From contig JAHJJF010000059.1 of NCBI GenBank assembly GCA_018823135.1, forward strand, positions 444 to 64,443: a DNA stretch of 64,000 nt, read 5' to 3'. Below the pieces are notes generated by a model. That model saw only the letters and a list, made by a program, of their open reading frames with translations. It was not told the DNA's origin and did no database searches. The position numbers and the translations under genes were made by a program. This stretch comes from Pseudomonadota bacterium (lineage in GTDB: Bacteria > Desulfobacterota > Desulfobulbia > Desulfobulbales > CALZHT01). Positions 48,593 through 59,555 of the stretch are shown here, piece after piece (position 1 is the first letter of the stretch; each line of letters starts with the position of its first letter).

Positions 48593-51500
48593 ATGGAATA
48601 CATCGCCGATCTTCATATCCACTCTCCCTTCTCGCGCGCCACCAGTAAACTGAGCGACCTGCCGGGGCTGTATTCCTGGGCGCAGATAAAAGGCATCAAT
48701 CTTATCGGTACCGGCGACTTCACCCATCCGGGCTGGTTCAGCCGCATCAAGGATCTTCTCGAGCCGGCAGAACCCGGATTCTTCAAACTCAAAGACGAAA
48801 ACGTCCCGCAGGCGATTCCCGGAACCGCTCCTGAACCGATCCCGGTGCGCTTCGTGCTTTCAGCTGAGATAAGCAGTATTTACAAGAGGCATGACAAGGT
48901 GCGAAAGGTCCATAATATCATCTTTGCACCGGATCTTGAGTCGGCGGAACGGATCAATGCAAAACTTGCCTCCATCGGCAATATCGAATCCGACGGCCGG
49001 CCGATCCTCGGGCTTGATTCGCGAAATCTCCTTGAAATTGTCCTTGAAAAAGCACCGGAAGGCTTTCTGGTTCCGGCCCATATCTGGACGCCGTGGTTTT
49101 CCCTTTTCGGATCAAAATCCGGGTTTGACGCAATTGAAGATTGTTTCGGCGATCTCACCGGGCATATCTTTGCCCTTGAAACCGGACTTTCCTCTGATCC
49201 GGACATGAACCGGATGATCTCGGCCCTTGACCGGTTTTCATTGATCTCAAATTCCGACTGCCATTCGCCTTCCAAACTTGGCCGCGAGGCAAATATATTC
49301 ACCACCTCCTTTGATTTTTTCCACATGCGCGAGGCACTCAAAGATCCCCAAAAAGGCTTTAAGGAAACAATAGAGTTCTATCCTGAAGAAGGCAAATACC
49401 ATATGGATGGGCACCGGAAATGCCAGGTCTGCCTGGAGCCTCTTGAAACCAGAAAAATAAATGCCGTCTGCCCGGTGTGCGGCAAACCGCTTACCGTGGG
49501 GGTTGCCCACCGGGTCATGGAGCTCGCTGATCGGGACAAACCCTATTACGCACCGGATACTCCCGGGTTCAAGAGCCTCATTCCCCTTGCCGAGGTGCTG
49601 GGTGAAATACTGGGCTGCGGCCCGGCGACCAAGGGGGTGATGACCCAGTATGCCAAGGTGATATCGCGCTTCGGATCCGAATTCAATATCTTCTTCAAAA
49701 CCCCGGTGGAAGACCTGAAACAATTCACGCCGGTGCTGGCCGAGGCGATCCAGCGAATCAGGGAAAACAAGGTGATCAGAAAACCGGGATTTGACGGGGA
49801 ATTCGGGGTGATCAAGGTTTTTGAGGAAGGCGAGCTTGATTCCCTGGCCGGGCAGATCGCCCTTTTTACCGGGAAAAAGCCCGCTCAAAAAACCTCCGGT
49901 AAAACTAAAACCACCCCGCTTCCAGCACTCAAAAAAAACTGCGCTGCCAAAGATCTGGAAAAATCGATCAATCCTGAGCAACGCAAGGCGATCACCAGCA
50001 AATCAAGAAAGATTGTGGTTACCGCTGGACCTGGGACCGGCAAAACCTTCACCCTGGTTGAGCGGATAAAAAAACAGATCGCAGACAGGCCGTCTTCAAT
50101 CCATAAAACCTGCGCCATCACCTTTACAAACCGCGCCGCCAGCGAGATGAAAGAACGTCTCGAAAAAGAGATCGGCACGGATTGTCAAAAAATATTTATC
50201 GGCACCTTTCACCGATTCTGCCTTGACCATCTCCGGAAAGATTCTCCTGAGCTGACCATCGTCGGAGATGAGACCCGGAACCTTTTTATCCGACGAATCT
50301 TTCCTGATTGGAACAAACAGCGCCAAACGGAATTTATCAGTACATTGCAGACCTTTTTTGAGGACTTTACCGCAACGGAAAATGCCGCACCAAAAGCAGA
50401 AGCGGCGATCATTTGTTATCTTGACGAACTTGAGCGCCAGGGGGCAATCGACCTTGATGCAGTAATTCCGTTCTTTGTCAACCGCCTGAAGAGTAATCCG
50501 GCGTTGCGGACAGCGGTGAGCGAATGCGTCGGCAATCTGTATGTGGATGAATTCCAGGATATGAATAAAACCCAATACGAACTCGTGCTGCTCCTGGCTG
50601 GCCATGCAGAAGTTTTTGTCATTGGGGATCCGGACCAGGCAATCTACGGATTCCGCGGCAGTGACCTTGAATTCTTCTTCCGGTTTTCGAACCTTCCTGA
50701 AACGGAGAAACTGAAACTATGCCGTAATTACCGGTCCGCTGCCGGCCTGATTGAAGCGGCATCAACACTCATCAGCCATAATACCCGCAAGGAAGATTCC
50801 AGGCTGCACCCCGAAAGCTGCGACCAGGGATTTATAGAATATTTTCAAGCCCCCACCGCCAGGGCGGAAGCGGAATTCGTAGTCAAAAGAATCGAACAAC
50901 TCATGGGAGGAATCAGCCATTTCTCCATGGAGTCGGGACGCGGCGGCGATGGCAAGACGCCTGAAACAAGTTTCGGCGATATCGCGGTCCTTTACCGGCT
51001 CACCAGGCTCGCCGATGATCTGGCAGAAGCCCTTGAACGTCGGGGAATCCCTTTCCAGCTCATCGGCGGCACGCCGTTTTTCATGAAACCGGAAATCAGG
51101 CCATTGTATTATTTCATCCAGGCAGCCGCGGGATCGGCTTTTTCTGCGGACTTTACCGCCCTTCTTAAATCCCGAAAAGGGGTCGGCAATGTCACAATAA
51201 AAGAACTGGAAAAACTGCCGCTGCGCTGTGATGATTTTTTTGCCGAAGCCGCGTCTCTTGATATCCCCCGGGAAGCCAAAGCCCTTTTCCTGTGCCTTGA
51301 GTCCGCTTTGAAACAATTAAAGACCTCAGGCATGTCAATGCCGGAAGCATTAATAAATGCATTACACTATCTTGAAATCCCTGCGGGCAGCCATGAAACA
51401 AAAAGACTCCTGGAACTTGCCGGCGTCTTCGGCAAAGACCTGCACGCTCTGGCAAGGCATCTCGAACAGAATGCCCGGGCAACTGTTTATGATGAACGCG

Positions 51501-51835
51501 CTGAAGCGGTGGCACTCATGACCACTCACGCCGCTAAAGGCCTTGAATTCCCGTACGTCTTTATTGCCGGGCTCGAAGAAGGACTCCTGCCGTATAATTA
51601 TGGGGACCGGATCTGTGATATTGAAGAGGAGCGCCGCCTTTTTTACGTCGGCTGCACCCGGGCAAAAAACGGGCTGATACTGACATCTTCAGCAACCAGA
51701 ATGCTGTTCGGCAAAAACATGATTGAAGCCCCATCGCGATTTATCGGAGAAATTCCGTCTTCATTGTTGACTGTTCTGAAAACAGATACAAGGCCGAAAA
51801 AGGCAAAAGAAAATCCACAGATGAAACTGTTCTAA
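48593..51835 (+). CDS. Endonuclease Q-like PHP domain fused to a UvrD/PcrA helicase
   Basis: ADLHIHS, GTGDFTHP, PAHIWTPW, SNSDCHS, GKYH.DGHR.C; AGPGTGKT, TFTNRAA, VDEFQD, GDPDQAIYGFRG, KGLEF, EERRLFYVG.TRA. Confidence 0.92.
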   Translation: MEYIADLHIHSPFSRATSKLSDLPGLYSWAQIKGINLIGTGDFTHPGWFSRIKDLLEPAEPGFFKLKDENVPQAIPGTAPEPIPVRFVLSAEISSIYKRHDKVRKVHNIIFAPDLESAERINAKLASIGNIESDGRPILGLDSRNLLEIVLEKAPEGFLVPAHIWTPWFSLFGSKSGFDAIEDCFGDLTGHIFALETGLSSDPDMNRMISALDRFSLISNSDCHSPSKLGREANIFTTSFDFFHMREALKDPQKGFKETIEFYPEEGKYHMDGHRKCQVCLEPLETRKINAVCPVCGKPLTVGVAHRVMELADRDKPYYAPDTPGFKSLIPLAEVLGEILGCGPATKGVMTQYAKVISRFGSEFNIFFKTPVEDLKQFTPVLAEAIQRIRENKVIRKPGFDGEFGVIKVFEEGELDSLAGQIALFTGKKPAQKTSGKTKTTPLPALKKNCAAKDLEKSINPEQRKAITSKSRKIVVTAGPGTGKTFTLVERIKKQIADRPSSIHKTCAITFTNRAASEMKERLEKEIGTDCQKIFIGTFHRFCLDHLRKDSPELTIVGDETRNLFIRRIFPDWNKQRQTEFISTLQTFFEDFTATENAAPKAEAAIICYLDELERQGAIDLDAVIPFFVNRLKSNPALRTAVSECVGNLYVDEFQDMNKTQYELVLLLAGHAEVFVIGDPDQAIYGFRGSDLEFFFRFSNLPETEKLKLCRNYRSAAGLIEAASTLISHNTRKEDSRLHPESCDQGFIEYFQAPTARAEAEFVVKRIEQLMGGISHFSMESGRGGDGKTPETSFGDIAVLYRLTRLADDLAEALERRGIPFQLIGGTPFFMKPEIRPLYYFIQAAAGSAFSADFTALLKSRKGVGNVTIKELEKLPLRCDDFFAEAASLDIPREAKALFLCLESALKQLKTSGMSMPEALINALHYLEIPAGSHETKRLLELAGVFGKDLHALARHLEQNARATVYDERAEAVALMTTHAAKGLEFPYVFIAGLEEGLLPYNYGDRICDIEEERRLFYVGCTRAKNGLILTSSATRMLFGKNMIEAPSRFIGEIPSSLLTVLKTDTRPKKAKENPQMKLF

Positions 51836-52098
51836 TCCGCATTTCTCAGGAACATTTCAGCATTAACTGTAAATGGCCTGAAAATAATGGGTTACAAGAA
51901 AGTAGGCAGGTAATTGCTATGAACAGCGTGTAAAAGATATCTCAATTAAATAAACTGCTGAAAAGTTCGCCAAAGGCAAGCCGATACCGCCGCATCTCCT
52001 TTAGCGCAGGAAGTTCGGCATATTCATATATTGCCAAACTCCCTGCCCTGCGGACCTGCAACTGTCTCGACTTGTGAGAAATGCGGACTAGAAATGAT

Positions 52099-52596
52099 AT
52101 GAAAACAATAGATGACCAACCGATTCAACAGAAAATAAAAATAGGCTCCGCCAGTGTCGGCCTCATCGGCCTTGACATTGCCATTAATACTGTCCTGACA
52201 AAGGATATATCAGAACAAGACGCCGCATCCTTTCTTTATGATGCAATCCGGGGAAAAAATTATATCCCGGCAGGCTCGGAAGCTGCCTACAGAGAGGCGC
52301 TCAGAAAAGAATATCTGCGCCATAAAAACCAAACAGCAAGCCCTGACAGCACCATGGTCATCCGGATACTCGGCCCGGCATGCGTCAGCTGCAACAAGAT
52401 CGGCATCATGGTCATTGAAGCCCTGCAGAAACTGAACATTGCCGCTGATGTTGAAAACATCCACGAACTGGATGAGATCTGGCGCTACGGGGTCACCACA
52501 ACCCCGGCGCTGATTATCAACAATCAACTCAAAAGCGCCGGAAGACTGCCCATGCCGGTGGAAGTTGAGGACTGGATCAAAGAAGCGTTAGAGTGA
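52099..52596 (+). CDS. Thioredoxin-like redox protein (MTH895/Thioredoxin_3 type) with N-terminal extension
   Basis: 'ILGPACVSC', 'YGV.TTPALIIN....AGR.P'. Confidence 0.85.
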   Translation: MKTIDDQPIQQKIKIGSASVGLIGLDIAINTVLTKDISEQDAASFLYDAIRGKNYIPAGSEAAYREALRKEYLRHKNQTASPDSTMVIRILGPACVSCNKIGIMVIEALQKLNIAADVENIHELDEIWRYGVTTTPALIINNQLKSAGRLPMPVEVEDWIKEALE

Positions 52597-52655
52597 ATAG
52601 TGAATCGTAAATAGTGACGAGTTACGAGTTAAAAACAAACACCAATCAACACTTG

Positions 52656-53294
52656 TCACTTGTCACTTTCCACTTTAAAAGGAAAATCCGGAGCATCAAT
52701 CAGTTTCCGCATTCTCTTTTTCTTACCAGGGCTCGCCTGATGGAAATCAATGAGCTTTTGGACCGCCGCAAGCATCCCGGCCTCATCGGCTCTTCGCAAA
52801 ACACGGCGACCGTTTCTCGGCATCGGTCCGCCCATGCCTCCGGCATATACATCATAGCCGCTTCTGGTGGCCATGATGCCGATATCTGACAAAACCGTTC
52901 CTGAACACGAGGCGGGACATGCTGAAACCGCGATTTTCAATTTCGGCTTAACAGCATCCATACTGGAAAAATAATCAAGGATCCTTTGCGAAATTACCTC
53001 GGTATCAATGAGCGCAAGCTTGCAATGCGGGCTTCCGACACAGACCCGTGGCACAGGGAAGAGACCCGGCCGTTTTACGACAGCGCCCAGTGCAACAAGC
53101 CGCGCCTTGATAGCATCAAAACTTTCCTCGCTGATGCCGGTCAGCCTGACATTCTGCAGGGTAGTAAGATAAATACCGAGACCATGTTGCCGCGCAAGTT
53201 CAAATATCAATTCAAGCTGATTCAAAGGCAGTCGCCCGGCCGTTAATGCTATGGTAATGCTTTTACTGTTCTTTTTCATATCCGTAGTGGTCAT
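52656..53294 (-). CDS. Small nitrite/sulfite reductase-domain protein
   Basis: Ferredoxin half-domain 'LTTLQN'; CX5C (CVGSPHC) and CX3C (CPASC) siroheme/4Fe-4S motifs. Confidence 0.85.
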   Translation of the reverse strand: MTTTDMKKNSKSITIALTAGRLPLNQLELIFELARQHGLGIYLTTLQNVRLTGISEESFDAIKARLVALGAVVKRPGLFPVPRVCVGSPHCKLALIDTEVISQRILDYFSSMDAVKPKLKIAVSACPASCSGTVLSDIGIMATRSGYDVYAGGMGGPMPRNGRRVLRRADEAGMLAAVQKLIDFHQASPGKKKRMRKLIDAPDFPFKVESDK

Positions 53295-53451
53295 CCTTTT
53301 ATTACTCCTGGTCGAACCTGTTTTATTCCATGAAAAGTTTATTATTTTTTATCTTTCCCTTTAAAAAAAATTCATGTATGTATCCTGAATATAATCACAA
53401 ACACAATCTAAACTCCTCCCGCAGGCCGGGAGATTTTCCAGGAGACATTTC

Positions 53452-53877
53452 ATGGGCCATCATGCTCACAATCCATACGGTGCAGACGACAGGGCAAGCA
53501 GAGCAATCGACCGCAAACGCGAAAGAGAACGGGAAGTAATGCTGCAGATTGCCTTTAAGAATGCTGAAGAACTTTCCACCAAGCTCGTTCAAAGGCTCCT
53601 TGACAAGAACATCATTGAAACGACATCAGACAGTGCAATCAGGGAATTGTTCACGAAATTACTGAAGAAATTATCCGACATGGAGGAATTTGAAATGAAT
53701 TTTAAAATTGCTCCGCTCCGGACCCTGGTAAATGACCCGAATCTACTCAGCTTGTATCTCACCCAATATATCATTGAAGACCTGATCAATCACGACAAAA
53801 TCCAGGATATTTTCGGGGATGATCTGGATATTTATAATGCAGTGGATTCAGTAATGAGCCTCACAAGACCAGAATAA
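53452..53877 (+). CDS. Hypothetical protein
   Basis: 141-aa ORF with AGGAG SD and normal composition. Confidence 0.75.
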   Translation: MGHHAHNPYGADDRASRAIDRKREREREVMLQIAFKNAEELSTKLVQRLLDKNIIETTSDSAIRELFTKLLKKLSDMEEFEMNFKIAPLRTLVNDPNLLSLYLTQYIIEDLINHDKIQDIFGDDLDIYNAVDSVMSLTRPE

Positions 53878-53995
53878 ATACTCATTTCAGCTCCCCACAG
53901 GCAGATAAGCGCAAGACTTCGAGCGACGCCGAAGCATCCCAAAAGGGCATTGATTTCAGTCTTTGGGGAGATAAAAACTGGCTGTTCCTGTTCAG

Positions 53996-55912
53996 TTACT
54001 CGCTTTCTTTTTTCAGATCAAGATACGTATAGCCTTTCAAACCCTTCTGATACATATTCAAGAGGCGCATGCCCTCGTTTGGCCGCAGCCGGTCTTCCTT
54101 GATCGCCCGGTCAATCTGTTTTTTCATGCGCCGGGTAAGGTCACTTTCCGAATACTGTACAAGCCCCAGAACCTTACCCATCGTTGTTCCTGCAATGATT
54201 TCTTCAATATAGTAGCCTTCATCCTCATCCTCATCGAGAAACACATGCGCCTCATTGACCCGGCCGAAAAGGTTATGAAGATCACCCATGATATCCTGGT
54301 AGGCACCGGTGAGAAATATCCCGAGAAAATAAGGCTCGCCGGTGAAATTATGCAGCGGCAGGGTGTCGACACCCTCTTCGTAAAGATTGATGAATCTTGA
54401 GATCTGCCCATCGGAATCACAGGTAATATCCGCCAGTTTGCCTTTTCGCAGCGGTTTTTCGTCAAGCCTGTGAAGCGGCATTATCGGGAACAATTGCCCG
54501 AATCCCCAATGGTCCAGCAAGGACTGAAACACACTGAAATTACAGAGATACTGATCACTGAAACGGCTTTCAAGTTCGGTAATTTCGTCGGGGATGTATT
54601 CCTCTCCTTGAAATCTGCGAAGCACCTCGCTGCTTATCTGCCAGAAAAGTTTTTCCACCTCGGCCTTGATCGGCAGATCAATGAGTCCCAGGCCGAAATG
54701 CGTCTGGATTTCCTGGAAAAGATGCTGGGCATCGTGATACACCTCCAGAAGATTGCCTGAAGAGATACTCTTGTAGATGTCCCATGCATCGTTGACCAGT
54801 TTGTGGTCAATCGTCGGTTTTTCAACAGGCAGTTCCGGCGATCCTTTTTTGATGCTGCTGAATATTTCAATAACCAGAACCGAATGATGCGCCACAATGG
54901 CCCGACCGCTTTCACTGATGAGTATCGGATGCGCGACCTTTTCCGCATCGCAGATATCCATGACATTATAAACAATATCCCTGGCATATTCGTTTAATGA
55001 ATAGTTCACCGAAGAATGGAATGTCGTTCTGCTGCCGTCATAATCGACGCCGAGGCCGCCGCCGACATCAATATACTCAAGATCATGGCCGCTTTGTTGA
55101 AGCTTGGCATAAAACATCGCCCCTTCTCTGACCGCCCGTTTCACGGCATGAATATCCGGTATCTGCGAGCCGATATGAAAATGGACAAGTTTGAGGCAAT
55201 GCCCCATGCCGGCTTTTTTCAAAGAATCAGAAGCCGTGAGAATCTCCCCGGTACTGAGGCCGAATTTCGCATCTTCGCCACCGCTTTTTTCCCATTTCCC
55301 CTGCCCCGCCACCGCAAGACGCAACCTGATTCCGACTATGGGTTCCACTTTCATCTCAGTAGACAGATTGATGATTTTTTCAACTTCATCGACTTTTTCC
55401 ACAACCAGAATGATGCGCTTTCCAAGCTTGACGCCAAGAAGCGCCATGCGGATATATTGATGGTCCTTATAACCGTTACAGATAATCAAACTTTCCGGAT
55501 CCTGATGAAAGGCGAGCGCCGCAAAGAGTTCCGGTTTGGAACCGACTTCCAGCCCGTAATGAAACGGTTTTCCCGCATCAACTATTTCCTCTACAACCTC
55601 CCGGAGCTGATTAACTTTTATCGGATACACACCGCGATAAACCGACTTATAGCCGTGTTCGCTGATCGCATTTTCAAAGGCGTGGTTTATCCTTTCCACC
55701 CTGTTTCTCAATAAATCCTGAAACCTGATCAACAGCGGGAAATGAAGTCCCTGTCCAAGGGCTTCGTCGATAACATCAAGTATGCAGATACTTGCGCCAC
55801 ATTCCTTCAAAGGAGAAGCGGTCACTTTTCCCATGGAGTTAATATCGAAATATCGTAAACCCCATCTGGATATCCCATAAAGATCTCGGGCGTCATCAAT
55901 GGTCCAGCTCAT
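53996..55912 (-). CDS. speA: Biosynthetic arginine decarboxylase
   Basis: YPIKVNQ (PLP Lys), HFHIGSQI, DVGGGLG, DITCDSDG, GAYQD. Confidence 0.97.
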   Translation of the reverse strand: MSWTIDDARDLYGISRWGLRYFDINSMGKVTASPLKECGASICILDVIDEALGQGLHFPLLIRFQDLLRNRVERINHAFENAISEHGYKSVYRGVYPIKVNQLREVVEEIVDAGKPFHYGLEVGSKPELFAALAFHQDPESLIICNGYKDHQYIRMALLGVKLGKRIILVVEKVDEVEKIINLSTEMKVEPIVGIRLRLAVAGQGKWEKSGGEDAKFGLSTGEILTASDSLKKAGMGHCLKLVHFHIGSQIPDIHAVKRAVREGAMFYAKLQQSGHDLEYIDVGGGLGVDYDGSRTTFHSSVNYSLNEYARDIVYNVMDICDAEKVAHPILISESGRAIVAHHSVLVIEIFSSIKKGSPELPVEKPTIDHKLVNDAWDIYKSISSGNLLEVYHDAQHLFQEIQTHFGLGLIDLPIKAEVEKLFWQISSEVLRRFQGEEYIPDEITELESRFSDQYLCNFSVFQSLLDHWGFGQLFPIMPLHRLDEKPLRKGKLADITCDSDGQISRFINLYEEGVDTLPLHNFTGEPYFLGIFLTGAYQDIMGDLHNLFGRVNEAHVFLDEDEDEGYYIEEIIAGTTMGKVLGLVQYSESDLTRRMKKQIDRAIKEDRLRPNEGMRLLNMYQKGLKGYTYLDLKKESE

Positions 55913-56114
55913 CGCGTATCATCCTCACTTAAATAGCACCTACTGGTGCGCGTCGCTTGCAACTGCCTATAAAGTCCCGCTACCTTACAAAAACCGTTGC
56001 TTCTTTACAATGAATATCATTATAAGGGAAGCCTTCACTTTTCTTCCAGAAAATTAACTTCCTCTATTTCGATTAAATATTTGGAAAAAACCACCTCCTT
56101 GGTATTATCCTGCA

Positions 56115-57410
56115 ATGGAACAAAACGAACACCCCGATTCCCCTCCTACCCTGGTCTTTGCGAACAGTAAAGGTCAAATACAGGATTTCCCGGACCTATA
56201 CATGGCAGGGAGAAGCGGTCGCTTTCTGTCCCGGCCGGACCTCGAAGACCTGATACCCCTGCCTGAGGGCAGCGAATTTTTTGTCCTTCCCGGGCGCAAA
56301 CCCATAGGCATCGATAAACACACCGGCGAGGCAACGTTATTCGATGCAAACCCTGATGCCCCCCATGAAGCTATTCAGGCGGTGGCAGCATTCATGGCCC
56401 CTGCGCACACGGCGTTCCACTCCACAGCCTACGAGAAAAACAACCCGGATGTCCCGCCTCTGCCGCTTTTTGCCTATACCGCCATCGGCTGGCACAAGGG
56501 CCGGTTCTGGGTCAGCGCTTTCAGGAGTGACCCGGATATCCGCCAGGAAGCAGAAGGATTTGACTATCGGAAAATCCGCAAAAAAACCAACCGGAAGCTT
56601 AACACATATAAAAACAACCGCCTTGTCCAGCATCTGGGCAAATGCTGTCTGACATACAGTTGCCCGGCTGCAAAAAATTTCTTCCTGGAACGCTTTGAAG
56701 CGCCGCTGCCCACTTCCCCTGTATGCAACGCCAATTGCATCGGCTGCATTTCCCTGCAACCCTCGGAATGCTGCCCGTCAACTCAAGACCGAATAACCTT
56801 TGTGCCGACTCCCGGAGAAATAGCTGAACTTGCCCTGTCCCATATCAGCAAAGTCAAGAAAGCAGTGGTCAGTTTCGGACAGGGATGCGAAGGCGAACCG
56901 TTACTGCAATGGAAAACCATCGGCCGCGCGATATCGCTGATCCGCAAACAGACAGACGCCGGAACAATCAATATAAACAGCAATTCAAGTCTGCCGGAAG
57001 CCGTCGCGCATTTAATTCATTGTGGCCTTGACAGCTTACGGGTGAGTATAAACAGCGCCCGTAAGGAAATGCATCAGAAATATTACAGGCCCAGTGGATT
57101 CAGTTTCGATGATGTCAGAGAATCCATTCGAGTCATGAAGGACAACAATAAATTCGTTTCCCTCAATTATTTCATCCTGCCCGGATTTACCGATGATCCA
57201 GATGAATTCAAGGCCCTGTGCGATCTTCTCGACAACTCCTCCCCGGACATGATCCAGCTCAGAAACCTCAATATGGACCCGGATTGGTATTTTGAAGAGC
57301 TTGACCATTTCCCATCAGAGCCGCCCCTGGGAATGCGCGTCTGGCTTAATGAAATACGTAAAAGATTTCCACGGCTCAGACTCGGATATTACAACCCACC
57401 CCTTCGCTGA
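56115..57410 (+). CDS. Radical SAM protein
   Basis: CNANCIGC (CX3CX2C), SFGQGCEGEP. Confidence 0.9.
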   Translation: MEQNEHPDSPPTLVFANSKGQIQDFPDLYMAGRSGRFLSRPDLEDLIPLPEGSEFFVLPGRKPIGIDKHTGEATLFDANPDAPHEAIQAVAAFMAPAHTAFHSTAYEKNNPDVPPLPLFAYTAIGWHKGRFWVSAFRSDPDIRQEAEGFDYRKIRKKTNRKLNTYKNNRLVQHLGKCCLTYSCPAAKNFFLERFEAPLPTSPVCNANCIGCISLQPSECCPSTQDRITFVPTPGEIAELALSHISKVKKAVVSFGQGCEGEPLLQWKTIGRAISLIRKQTDAGTININSNSSLPEAVAHLIHCGLDSLRVSINSARKEMHQKYYRPSGFSFDDVRESIRVMKDNNKFVSLNYFILPGFTDDPDEFKALCDLLDNSSPDMIQLRNLNMDPDWYFEELDHFPSEPPLGMRVWLNEIRKRFPRLRLGYYNPPLR

Positions 57411-57601
57411 CTTCACTTTCCTCACCACCCCGCTGTCACAAGGCATAAGAAAAATATCAAGAGGACGGGATTATTCTTTAACGTATTTTTTTCTCCTTGT
57501 TATTTATCCCAGAATATATGTAAAATAATCAAACTATTACTGCTTGTTTGCGCACCTCCGTTGGAGAAATATTAACCAATAAAAATAAAGGGGAGAGATG
57601 A

Positions 57602-59152
57602 ATGAAGTTTGATAACAATCACTTGGGGAAATTAGCCTGTTTCACTGCAGCATCCTGTCTTTTTCTGTTTGCGACTGATGCTTCAGCCCTCGACACCTTT
57701 ATGGTTGGCCCGCGGGCTACCGGCATGGCCGGCGCCAATGTCGCATCGGTTTCCGACACCACGGCGCAATACTATAACCCGGCGGCCTTCGGCTTCATGA
57801 ACCGCCAGAAAAAGACGGAAGAAGGTGTTGAAAAAGATACAAAAGTTGAGGTTGACAATAACAATCTCGGCCGAAAAACATGGGGCCTTGACATCGGCGC
57901 CGGCCTCGGCTACCGCCAGCACAATGAATTCGGTAAATATATCGATGATCTCTCAAGTATCGACCATGACACCCTGAGCACAACCGGCGTCCAGGATAAA
58001 GCCGATCTGGAGCAACTTGTCAGACTGGCAAACGACCTCCAGGGCCTCGACGACCCCGGCAATGCCGTTTCAGCCGACGCCAATGCCGGTCTCGGAATCA
58101 GGATGGGTCATTTCGCCTTCGGCGTCCGTGGATTCTCCCAGGTAACCGCACAGCTACGCAGTCTTGATACGATACATCTCGGTTTGTCCTTAAACGGTGC
58201 AGATGTTGCAACTGATATCAATGCCGTTGATTTAAGTGCTACTTCATACAATACCGCAGGATACACCTTCCAGGTATTTACACCATCCCAGCAAACTCAG
58301 CTGCTTACCGCCCTCGGTGGTGACACTGAAGCAGTCCAGCGTCTTGATTATATCGCCGCACAAGAGGGAATTACCAGCACTGATGCACAAGGATCTGCGG
58401 ACATCCTCTCCAATGTCCTTAACCAGAGTGATGGCAGCACCGCAAACGATCTTGACAGCAACACAACAACTGTCCGGCTCAATGGTTACGGACTCCTTGA
58501 AGTTCCTGTGTCTTACGGCTATGCGATCAATGATTACATCTCGGTGGGGGCTAATCTGAAATTCATGAAAGGCCGGGTGTACGGCAACCAGGTCCTGGTG
58601 TTCAATAACGATTCCGGGGACACTATTAGCAAAACCGATGAATTCTACGAAGAGACCGATACCTTCGGCGTTGATATCGGCATTATGGCCCGCATGAACA
58701 AACTGCAGGCGGGCATTATCGGCCGCAATCTCAACTCCCCTAAATTCAACGGCCCGACAATTACCGTCAACAGCTTACCCGTACCCTTTGACGATGTGAG
58801 ACTCGACCCGCAGGTAACCGCCGGACTGGCTTTCATCCCATTTGAAACCCTGACGTTGGAAGCCGATATCGACCTCACGAAAAACGAGACAACCCTGGCA
58901 GACTATGAAACCCAGAATATGGCTTTCGGACTTGAGTGGGATGCATTCCGCTTCCTGGCCCTGCGGTGCGGAGCCTATAAAAATCTTGCAGAAAGCGATA
59001 TAGGCTGGGTATTTTCAGCAGGTATCGGCTTGAACTTCTGGGCCATCCGTCTTGATGTGGCCGGCCAGTTTGCCGAGGAAAAAGAACAGTTTGACGGTGA
59101 GGATATCCCCAAGGAGTCGAGAGTTGCCGGGCAGTTGAGTATTGATTTCTAA
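57602..59152 (+). CDS. TraF-like/FadL-like outer-membrane beta-barrel
   Basis: Signal peptide; 'GPRATGMAGA...YYNPA'; 'RNLNSPKF'; terminal Phe. Confidence 0.75.
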   Translation: MKFDNNHLGKLACFTAASCLFLFATDASALDTFMVGPRATGMAGANVASVSDTTAQYYNPAAFGFMNRQKKTEEGVEKDTKVEVDNNNLGRKTWGLDIGAGLGYRQHNEFGKYIDDLSSIDHDTLSTTGVQDKADLEQLVRLANDLQGLDDPGNAVSADANAGLGIRMGHFAFGVRGFSQVTAQLRSLDTIHLGLSLNGADVATDINAVDLSATSYNTAGYTFQVFTPSQQTQLLTALGGDTEAVQRLDYIAAQEGITSTDAQGSADILSNVLNQSDGSTANDLDSNTTTVRLNGYGLLEVPVSYGYAINDYISVGANLKFMKGRVYGNQVLVFNNDSGDTISKTDEFYEETDTFGVDIGIMARMNKLQAGIIGRNLNSPKFNGPTITVNSLPVPFDDVRLDPQVTAGLAFIPFETLTLEADIDLTKNETTLADYETQNMAFGLEWDAFRFLALRCGAYKNLAESDIGWVFSAGIGLNFWAIRLDVAGQFAEEKEQFDGEDIPKESRVAGQLSIDF

Positions 59153-59180
59153 CTTTTGCTTTTCTCCAGAAATGAAACCG

Positions 59181-59214
59181 AATCTCCCTGTCGTTGCGGC
59201 AGGGAGATTTTTTT
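59181..59214 (+). terminator. Rho-independent terminator
   Basis: AATCTCCCTG...CAGGGAGATT followed by a T-tract. Confidence 0.85.
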
Positions 59215-59302
59215 ATGGGAACTCACCAAACCATCAGCCCGGATATTTGACTTTACATAAAACCTGTTACCTTCGGCCAGCTTAGCTTGTGAAATATCCA
59301 GC

Positions 59303-59520
59303 TTAGCCAACTACAGGGAAAAGCAGAATGATCTTTGAGAACTCCCCTTCCCTGCTTTCAAGAATCATCTTGCCGCCATGCTCCACCACAATGCCGTGAC
59401 TGATGGCAAGACCCAAGCCTGTGCCGCTTCCCGCCGGCTTGGTTGAAAAGAAGGGATTGACCACTTTATCAATTATATTTTCAGGGATTCCAGTCCCCTG
59501 ATCATAAAAAGGCCTTTCAT
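59303..59520 (-). pseudogene. Histidine kinase HATPase_c fragment
   Basis: Translates YDQGTGIPENIIDKVVNPFFSTKPAGSGTGLGLAISHGIVVEHGG...FPVVG*; no in-frame start. Confidence 0.85.
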
Positions 59521-59555
59521 TCCTTTCCTCAAATTATTCCTGGATATTTGCGGAG

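Noticed and set aside
57602-59152. Conjugation locus suggested by the TraF-like barrel
   Set aside because: No other tra genes; isolated gene with its own terminator
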